A DNA stretch of 33,406 nt from Verrucomicrobiota bacterium (lineage in GTDB: Bacteria > Verrucomicrobiota > Verrucomicrobiia > Limisphaerales > AV2), in assembly GCA_003219675.1 (NCBI GenBank), contig QHPW01000170.1, positions 1-33,406 on the forward strand, read 5' to 3'. Position numbers and translations under genes: made by a program. The notes under the pieces are model-generated. The model had not been told where the DNA came from. It saw only the letters and a program-made list of their open reading frames with translations, and did no database searches. Each line of letters starts with the position of its first letter. Position 1 is the stretch's first letter. Shown here piece after piece: positions 27,107 to 33,406 of the stretch.

Positions 27107-27703
27107 TCACCGATGGCGGTCCGTCCGTGACTCCCGAATTGCCGGGCAGCGTCGCGGGGCCGTCATTCGGTAGAGCGACGGTGTTCGGCTGGAGTCTCGC
27201 ACCTCGACGCTAGCGGCCCATTGGGGGTCGACAGACGCTCGCCCTCTCAGAGGAAGCATGCTCCGTGTTGCCCACATGATCCGGGCCTTGACTGCCAGAG
27301 CCTCGATGCCCTCCGCTTCTCTACGATACTCGACATTCGCGCGCCATGATTGAGCCGCAGGCCAGTCGACGCTAAACATCCGGTGGGCCCCCGCCTCCAG
27401 AAGCTGCGGGAAGTGCTTCGGTGCTTGCTCAAGAAAGGTCCACACCCGGAACTCCTGCTGCGAGATAGTCCGCCAACCCGCATCCTCCGCGACCTGAACT
27501 TGGACGTCGCCGATCCAGATTGCCTTTCGTGATGCAGTGTTTGTAACGGCGAACACCGCAATCCGATCGACGCCTCGGCCTTTGCTCTCGACGAACCGCA
27601 CGACTGGACAAGGCAGGTCAGCAGAATCCACGCGCATAAGCATCCAAGACAGGATGCCGATGCCGAGCACCGCGCTTAGAATGATGACACTCCTCACGCG
27701 CAT
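27107..27703 (-). CDS. hypothetical membrane-anchored protein
   Basis: 198-aa ORF with an N-terminal TM segment (VIILSAVLGIGILSWML). I recognise no motifs. The C-terminal ~45 aa is Arg/Ser-rich and may be read-through. Confidence 0.45.
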   Translation of the reverse strand: MRVRSVIILSAVLGIGILSWMLMRVDSADLPCPVVRFVESKGRGVDRIAVFAVTNTASRKAIWIGDVQVQVAEDAGWRTISQQEFRVWTFLEQAPKHFPQLLEAGAHRMFSVDWPAAQSWRANVEYRREAEGIEALAVKARIMWATRSMLPLRGRASVDPQWAASVEVRDSSRTPSLYRMTAPRRCPAIRESRTDRHR

Positions 27704-27809
27704 GACCTGGCAAGACGTGGAGCCGAACGCTCCGGCTCAGGCACGACGGGCCAATGATGTCCGCTTGTCAACTGAGGCGCGATCCCGGCGTTGCCTGCAG
27801 CCGGTTTGT

Positions 27810-28444
27810 GTGCGCCTGACATGGGCGTGAACTGATGGGGTGAAAGTCCCCTGTGCGGGAACACCGTCATCCGGTTGGCCTTCATGGGCAGCAGGATGAC
27901 GCAAGCACTAGACCGAAGCAACTGCGGAACCGCGAGGTTCCGTGGGAAGGAAGCCACCGGTCAAACCTGGTGAGCCGACGAATAGAAAGATCATATAAGG
28001 CTGACAGAATGGACAAGCTGGCACCACACAGCAAAATCCAGTGTTCAGTTCCGGAGGTAAATGATCCGGTTGCTCAGGGAGAGTTCACGTTCTTACTCAG
28101 GGAGGCCTGTGCTCCTGGCTCTTCGGCAACGAAGGGCGCGGCGGTTCGAGAGGATCGTCGTGCGGGAACAGGAGTCAGCAGAGGCCATAGTACCGGGAGC
28201 AACGAGCCGGTGATGACACCGGACGGTCTCACAACCCGGGAAGGGCTGAACTTGGCAGGCAGACACGACCATCGGTGGTCTTGTCCCGGAGCGATGAAGC
28301 CGATTGGCTGAGCTGCCGGACAGCGATCACCGTGGCAGAGAAAGAGTGCTGATTGATCCGCAAGGACTGCCAGGAACCGCCGTACGCGGACCCGCATGTA
28401 CGGTGGTGTGGGGGCCGAGGGGTCAATCCCCTCGGCTACCCGAT
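27810..28444 (+). mobile_element. ORF-less group II intron ribozyme (~635 nt)
   Basis: The 5' end GUGCGCCUGACAUGGGCG resembles my recollection of the Ll.LtrB 5' start, GUGCGCCCAGAUAGGGUG. Domain V is at 28377-28406: CCGCCGUAC-GCG-GACC-CGC-AU-GUACGGUGG, with a 9-bp lower helix, a CGC triad and a 2-nt bulge. Domain VI is at 28412-28441 with bulged A 28438, 7 nt from the 3' end ...CCCGAU. The domain IV stem CUUGGCAG / CUGCCAGG encloses only about 125 nt, so no RT ORF is present. Confidence 0.85.
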
Positions 28445-28591
28445 TAGGCCGCGTCATTTGACTCGCATGACAACCTCAGCCTTCTTGGTCCTGCAGCGTC
28501 CATGAGCTCGTTCGTACACGAACTTACGGACAGCGATAAACTCAACGGCAAGGTGAATGTGCGAATACTCATGACGTGTGAAGCGGCCTAA

Positions 28592-28667
28592 CGACTTAAG
28601 TTTTTTGTCGCGGGAGAGAGCTGAGGTTTGGGGGTTGGTGTGGAGCCGCGACAAAAAACTTAAGTCG
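28592..28667. repeat. perfect 22-bp inverted repeat with a 32-nt loop
   Basis: CGACTTAAGTTTTTTGTCGCGG (28592-28613) and CCGCGACAAAAAACTTAAGTCG (28646-28667). It lies about 43 nt downstream of the 131-aa minus-strand gene. No flanking U-tract. Confidence 0.8.
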
Positions 28668-28709
28668 AGTTCCATAAAACTGGTTTCTCAGTTCGGCATC
28701 GTCATGATG

Positions 28710-29105
28710 TCACTGAATCTTCTTGGCGATCTCCGCCGCAATCTCCGCATTGGTGGTCGCGGCTCGCTCAATGCGTGAAATCAGGTTCGTGTCTCCGTTG
28801 GCGTGATAAACTCGATAGTAGCTGCCAACCCAATATGCCAAATGCTTCTTGGCAGCTTGTGCGTCGCCACGATCCAGAATCTCAATGGCTCTCAATGCGA
28901 CCATCGCGACTGACTCGTCCTCACGCTTGATAACTGCCAGACTCTCCGGAAGTTGCTTGACCATCTCTGCATCAGATAGTCCGGTGGTCTTCTGCACGTC
29001 TTGGTAGAGGTGTTGCATCCGCAACGCTGGACGAGTGTACCCAAAATACCAGCCGATGCCGATACCGACTGCCAAACAAACGAGCGATGAGATGAGACGC
29101 TTCAT
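28710..29105 (-). CDS. hypothetical membrane-anchored protein
   Basis: 131-aa ORF with an N-terminal TM helix (LISSLVCLAVGIGIGWYFGY) and a helical, charged remainder. Its GC content is visibly lower than the flanks. No recognisable motif. Confidence 0.55.
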   Translation of the reverse strand: MKRLISSLVCLAVGIGIGWYFGYTRPALRMQHLYQDVQKTTGLSDAEMVKQLPESLAVIKREDESVAMVALRAIEILDRGDAQAAKKHLAYWVGSYYRVYHANGDTNLISRIERAATTNAEIAAEIAKKIQ

Positions 29106-29207
29106 ACCCGAGATGCCGAACGAAACAGGTTAGCCGTCATAAAAATCGTGTCTGCCCTCTTTTGAGAACATGAAAAAACTCATACCAAAGTCCGCCGGTC
29201 GTGTAAT

Positions 29208-32200
29208 TCATCTGGACTGTTTCAAGTAGGCGATCAGGTCGGCCAGGTCTTGCGGTGTCATGTTCTGTTCCAGTCCCTCCGGCATCAGCGAAAGGTTCGA
29301 AGCTTTGATCTCCGTGATGTCGGTCCGCAGAATCTTTTCCTCCAACCCGCCGCCCTGCACCAGGGTGAGACTCGAGGCGGCCTCGGCATTGACCACGCCG
29401 GAAAGGGACCGGCCATCCTTTGTTTCGATCTGGTAATTGATGAAGCGCGGTTCAATCGCGGCGTTCGGATCGAGAATGGCGACGAGAAAATCCTTTGGGC
29501 TCTTGCTGCGAAAGGCCGCCAAATCAGGTCCGACGGCATGTCCCTGGCCGCCGAACGCGTGGCAGGTCGAGCAGACCTTTGCGAACACCGCCTCGCCCCG
29601 GGCCGGGTCTGCGGCCAGATTCAGCGCGCTTTCATACCTGGCCAGCACCTCGCCGCGGTTGCCCGATGGATTGCCGGAGAGCAGCGTGTCCGCCCGCCTT
29701 CGAATCGCTTCGCTTCCGCGCTTGAGCAGGCGCTGGCGGTTCGCCGGCGAAATTTCACTGGCAGCGATGGTTCCTTTTTCAATCGCATCGAGGAGGCGAT
29801 TGATCCACTCATCCCGGGCCGACAAGGTGCCAAGAACGGCATTGCGCAAGGATGGTGAATGATGCGGCCAGTCGGCCAGCAACAGTCCGGGCACTTTCGG
29901 ACTGCGGGTCCGCGCCAGGGCGGCCAGGGCTTCCGTTTGCAAACGAGGCGGCGCTTGCGGCGCGAGAAGCTGCTCCAGCAACTCCAGGTCGGCATCAAGC
30001 TGTCCGGCGTCGTGTCCGAGCAAACCCACGGCTGCAACGCGGGTCGCTTCGTCAACCGACGCCTCCCGAACGGCGCGCCGCGCGTCCGCAACCACCTGTT
30101 CGGCGCGCGCGACCGCCGCGCCGACTTCAACGCTTGAAGCGGAGGAGAGTGAACGCAAGTTCCGCCCGTGTCGATTCAACGCATCCAGCAAACTGCCCAA
30201 CGCCTCGAATTGCCAGAGTTCAGCCGGCTTGCCCTGGGCCGGCGAGAGGGCCGACAGCATCTGTTCCAAAGCCCGCCGGTTGTCAGTGCCGACGGCCGTC
30301 GCAATGAGTTGATCGATCATCCATTTGCGCGCCGGAGAATCGGTCGAATCCGTCAGCAGGCTGCGCAGAATAATCGCCGGGAAACGAGGTGCGGAACTGA
30401 CGACGGCCGTTCGCAGCCAGGGGTCTTCCAGACCGCTTTGAAGCAATTGAGCGAGCGCCTCAGCAGAGCGCGGATCGTTCCACTGGCCGAGGCTCAAGGC
30501 AAGCTGGTAACGAACCGTCGCGTCCGGATCGTGGAGAAGCTGCAGCAACGCGGCGCCCTCAGCAGAGCGCGGATCGTTCCACTGGCCGAGGCTCAAGGCA
30601 AGCTGGTAACGAACCGTCGCGTCCGGATCGTGGAGAAGCTGCAGCAACGCGGCGCCTAGGTGCGAGTCGTGGGGCGCGACTCCTTCGAGTCCCGGCCTTT
30701 TGTTCGCTGACACGGGGCCGGCGGGGACCCCGGCATCACCGGAGAGGAAGGGTTCGCTCAAGCGAATCGCGTGCTGGCGCACGGCCGGATCGGGGTCGTT
30801 GAGCGCGTTTTCCAGCAGCGCCGGTGTCAACGCGTTCAAGCCGTCCAGCACGCACAGCGCCTGAAGCCGAACCGCGGGGTGTCCGCTGGTCCTGGACAAT
30901 GCCGTCAGGGAACCCAGGCCGGTCTTGTCGTTTCGGCGCAGCAGCTCCAGATGAATACGGTCGCGTTCGGTGCCGTTTGGTGTCTCGAGGGCGGCGGCAA
31001 GCTCGATCGCGCTCAGGCGGGACAAATTGCGAATTGGCCGAAGGCTTTTGTGGCGCGGATAGACGCGGTAGATCCTCCCTTTGTCGTCGCCGGCGCGGAC
31101 ATCGAGCCTGGCGAGGCGATCCGGCGGAATCCAGCGCGGATGCTCCACAACGAACCGGTACATATCCACGATCCACAACGCCCCGTCCGGCCCGGTGCGC
31201 GCCTGCACCGGACGAAACCAGTTGTCTTTGGAGGAAAGGAATTCGCTTTGCAGTTCGTCCGGCGCCCGATAACCGCGGAAGGTGACGCCGTTCGGTTTGA
31301 GAATCAGACGATGCACGAGGTTGTGCACCGGTTCGCAGATGAACGCGTTGCCGTAATAATTTGTTCCCGGCAGATCGTCCCGATAAATGCCCAGGCCGCA
31401 AGCGGACGTGGTGCGGCCGGCCGAGCCGGGATCGTTGAAGCGTTCGAGCATGCGGCTGACGGGGAAGAGGTGGTTGGGGTCGGAATCGGCCGGAACGAAC
31501 ACGCGCGGCTCCGGCGACAGCACGTGCGGGTTACGGCGGCCATAGGGGTCGGGCAGGGGATAATGCCAGAGCAATGTGCTGTTGTCGCAGCCGTACCAGT
31601 TGCCCCGGTCGTCGCGCACGCGGCCCTGCTGTGTCAGGCCCGACGCCGGCTCGAATTCGCCCGTGTCGGGATGCATCCGGAAATCACGGCCGCTGATGTC
31701 AATGGGAGGGGAATTGGAGTGTTGGAGTTCTGGAGTGCTGGTTTTGGTCGTCCACTTCCCATGACTCCAATACTCCGTCACTCCAACGCGATGGATTGTG
31801 CCGCCGATCAACCCGTTTGCGCCATAGATCCAATTATCCAGGCCAAGACTCAAACTGTTGACGCGCGCCTGATAATTTTCGGTCGCGAAGCCGGTGAATA
31901 TTTTCTTCACCACATCGGCCTTGCCGTCGCCGTCGGTGTCTTCGGCGTAAAGAATGTCCGGCGCGGCACAGACGAGCACACCTTTGTTCCACGCCATGAC
32001 GCCGGTGGGGAAGGGGAGGCCGTCGAGGAAAACGGTCGCCTGGTCGTATTGGCCGTCTCCATCCAGGTCCTCCAGAAATTTGATGCGCCCGCCCGGCTTC
32101 CAATGGCCGTCCATGCCCATGGGATAATCACGCATTTCGACCACCCACAGTTTGCCGTCCGCGCCCCAATCAATCGCCACCGGGTCAACCACCAGGGGTT

Positions 32201-33329
32201 CGGCGGCGGCCAGTTCCACCGTGAAACCTGTCCGAGTGTGAAAGGCGGCCAACGCTGCTTCGGGCGATTTAGGCGGCGGCAAGCCGGCCTTCTTCGCATC
32301 CACCGCAAAATCCTTCGGCGTCACCTCGTGAACGGCGTCCGCGATCAGGTCCTCGACTTGCGGAGCCAGTCGCGCCGGGCGGTCGTAATACCAGAGCGAT
32401 GTCTCCGCCTCGTAACCGCCCTCCTGCAAAATGCGGCGTGATGGAATGTAGCACGGCACGTCATTGGCATAGGCCGTCACCCACAGGCGATCAGCGTCGA
32501 ACTCGTTCTTCAAACGCGTGGAATAATCCACCACGACTTCGCCGGCGAGAAAGACCATCGCCAGTTGATCGCCGAAGCGTAAGGCAGGGCAGCGGGCAGC
32601 GTTTTGCCGCGATCGAGCCGTTCCAGATTTCGCTTCGCGTGATAACCGACGATGCCGCTCTGCTGCGCGCGTTCCTCCCATTGATCGCGCGTCGGCAGTT
32701 TGTCGAAGGGCAGCTCGAAGCGCTTCATTCGGCAAGTGAGCGGTTGCCGGATCGGTGTCAGGCGTCCATCGAGCATTCGTTTGACTTCGGCGGCCACTTC
32801 CTCGCCGTGCCGTTTCGCCAACTCGAGTGAACCACGCGGAAACGGGTTCGCATCCGCCCCGCAACCGATGGTGATAAAGGCGATGGCGCCTGGAAAATCG
32901 CGTTGAACAGCTTCCTGCGCAAAGCCGGCCCAGTCGCCGCAGGACCACCGCGCGCACCTGGCCGTCCAAACCCGTCGCACAAAGAATCGGCAGCGCCGGG
33001 TCCACCGGTCCGCCCTCTGTGCGACGATTCCGGGCGAACGTGGCGCTGCCTTCGTTCCAGGCCAGGCGCGCCAGCCTGCGGTCGGCGAGGGCCGCCAGCG
33101 CGACCTGTTCCAGTTTATCGGTCAACTCTTTGCTGTAGCGTTCGATGGTCGTCTGCTGGCCGGCTGGAATCGTCGAGGCGAAAATGTTGGGCGCGAAACC
33201 GAGCGTGCACGGACCTGAATGAGTGTGGGAGGAGCAAACCGCGATTCGCTCGCGCGGAATGCCGGTTTTGCTTTTGAGCCGCGCGGCGACTTCGTCAATA
33301 AGGTTCGCGCAAACGCCGCAGTTGTCCAC
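29208..33329 (-). CDS. giant fusion ORF: ceramidase-like N-terminal domain + membrane-bound dehydrogenase/beta-propeller domain + HEAT repeats + C-terminal cytochrome c (PVC-type heme-binding CxxCH protein); the N-terminal domain is disrupted
   Basis: Key motifs are SSHTHSGP (ceramidase-like), VVDPVAIDWGADGKLWVVEM...DLDGDGQYD...DTDGDGKADV (dehydrogenase domain), HDPDATVRYQLALSLG HEAT-like units, and CSTCH at 29559-29573. Between about 32590 and 32935 the conserved sequence lies in another frame (ORF 32510..32980). The frame upstream of the GTG at 33329 stays open and conserved-looking up to a TAG at 33396-33398. Confidence 0.7.
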   Translation of the reverse strand: MDNCGVCANLIDEVAARLKSKTGIPRERIAVCSSHTHSGPCTLGFAPNIFASTIPAGQQTTIERYSKELTDKLEQVALAALADRRLARLAWNEGSATFARNRRTEGGPVDPALPILCATGLDGQVRAVVLRRLGRLCAGSCSTRFSRRHRLYHHRLRGGCEPVSAWFTRVGETARRGSGRRSQTNARWTPDTDPATAHLPNEALRAALRQTADARSMGGTRAAERHRRLSREAKSGTARSRQNAARCPALRFGDQLAMVFLAGEVVVDYSTRLKNEFDADRLWVTAYANDVPCYIPSRRILQEGGYEAETSLWYYDRPARLAPQVEDLIADAVHEVTPKDFAVDAKKAGLPPPKSPEAALAAFHTRTGFTVELAAAEPLVVDPVAIDWGADGKLWVVEMRDYPMGMDGHWKPGGRIKFLEDLDGDGQYDQATVFLDGLPFPTGVMAWNKGVLVCAAPDILYAEDTDGDGKADVVKKIFTGFATENYQARVNSLSLGLDNWIYGANGLIGGTIHRVGVTEYWSHGKWTTKTSTPELQHSNSPPIDISGRDFRMHPDTGEFEPASGLTQQGRVRDDRGNWYGCDNSTLLWHYPLPDPYGRRNPHVLSPEPRVFVPADSDPNHLFPVSRMLERFNDPGSAGRTTSACGLGIYRDDLPGTNYYGNAFICEPVHNLVHRLILKPNGVTFRGYRAPDELQSEFLSSKDNWFRPVQARTGPDGALWIVDMYRFVVEHPRWIPPDRLARLDVRAGDDKGRIYRVYPRHKSLRPIRNLSRLSAIELAAALETPNGTERDRIHLELLRRNDKTGLGSLTALSRTSGHPAVRLQALCVLDGLNALTPALLENALNDPDPAVRQHAIRLSEPFLSGDAGVPAGPVSANKRPGLEGVAPHDSHLGAALLQLLHDPDATVRYQLALSLGQWNDPRSAEGAALLQLLHDPDATVRYQLALSLGQWNDPRSAEALAQLLQSGLEDPWLRTAVVSSAPRFPAIILRSLLTDSTDSPARKWMIDQLIATAVGTDNRRALEQMLSALSPAQGKPAELWQFEALGSLLDALNRHGRNLRSLSSASSVEVGAAVARAEQVVADARRAVREASVDEATRVAAVGLLGHDAGQLDADLELLEQLLAPQAPPRLQTEALAALARTRSPKVPGLLLADWPHHSPSLRNAVLGTLSARDEWINRLLDAIEKGTIAASEISPANRQRLLKRGSEAIRRRADTLLSGNPSGNRGEVLARYESALNLAADPARGEAVFAKVCSTCHAFGGQGHAVGPDLAAFRSKSPKDFLVAILDPNAAIEPRFINYQIETKDGRSLSGVVNAEAASSLTLVQGGGLEEKILRTDITEIKASNLSLMPEGLEQNMTPQDLADLIAYLKQSR
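30458..30655. repeat. perfect tandem duplication, 2 x 99 nt, inside the HEAT-repeat region of the giant ORF
   Basis: 30458-30556 is identical to 30557-30655. It translates as two copies of ALLQLLHDPDATVRYQLALSLGQWNDPRSAE. Confidence 0.95.
31708..31790. repeat. TGGAGT-rich imperfect palindromic repeat (family R7) inside the giant ORF
   Basis: GAATTGGAGTGTTGGAGTTCTGGAGTGCTGG ... CATGACTCCAATACTCCGTCACTCCAACGCG. Translated as VGVTEYWSHGKWTTKTSTPELQHSNSPP within the beta-propeller domain. Confidence 0.7.
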
Positions 33330-33406
33330 GGTGAGCAGAATCGCCGGTCCTTCCGCGTCACCGCCAATGGCCAGCGCCTTGGCCCAAAGCCGTTGCTAGA
33401 CGCCTT

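Noticed and set aside
27853-28311. 152-aa ORF inside the group II intron, considered as a possible intron-encoded protein.
   Set aside because: It has no reverse-transcriptase blocks (no YxDD or similar), maturase or HNH motifs. It spans domains I-IV of the ribozyme rather than lying within domain IV, and its composition looks non-coding.
28454-28675. 73-aa ORF (-) downstream of the intron. A faint HIHLAVEF resemblance to the HxH motif of Y1 (IS200-like) transposases was noted.
   Set aside because: The match is a few residues only. The ORF runs through the 22-bp inverted repeat, has no plausible RBS, and is far too short for the domain.
30458-30655. Tandem and dispersed repeats considered as a possible CRISPR array.
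   Set aside because: There are only two directly adjacent units with no spacers, and they lie inside a coding region. The dispersed palindromic repeats are kilobases apart. No cas genes are present.
1-33406. Scan for tRNA, rRNA, tmRNA, RNase P, 6S and SRP RNA signatures in the intergenic regions (2443-2737, 6941-7139, 17827-18044, 26156-27106).
   Set aside because: I recognised no cloverleaf-compatible segments or conserved core motifs (for example GGTTCGAAT-type T-loops or RNase P P4 sequences) by eye. A covariance-model scan would be needed to be sure.

Overview
High-GC chromosomal window, most likely from a PVC-superphylum bacterium and probably Verrucomicrobiota-like. This is inferred from prepilin-type H-X9-DG proteins, a DUF1549/DUF1553/DUF1501 operon and a PVC-type heme-binding CxxCH protein. 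The left two thirds is ordinary housekeeping and envelope content: CPBP protease, thiL-tsaE-tsaB, a three-gene pseudopilin operon, alr, a Zn-dependent dehydrogenase, DedA, queD, a translationally coupled LuxE/LuxC-like pair, a beta-propeller/phosphoesterase lipoprotein, and two tandem DUF1549/DUF1553 genes followed by DUF1501. From about 24.4 kb rightwards, coding density drops and several genes look damaged. I found no convincing new multi-gene system such as a defence island, CRISPR array, toxin-antitoxin pair or biosynthetic cluster. The signals most worth a second look are: (1) a compact group II intron ribozyme of about 635 nt at 27810-28444 with a clear 5' GUGCG, domain V, and domain VI with a bulged A, but no reverse-transcriptase ORF; (2) a 288-nt nested inverted-repeat element that starts inside the queD stop codon; (3) at least five families of REP/MITE-like palindromic repeats, found in intergenic regions and also inserted in frame inside conserved genes, in one case shown directly by comparison with the tandem paralog; (4) damage signatures: a twice-frameshifted ceramidase-like domain, a 16-nt indel that detaches a signal peptide, and a perfect 99-nt tandem duplication. 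All calls rest on reading the sequence and on motif recall; no database search was possible.
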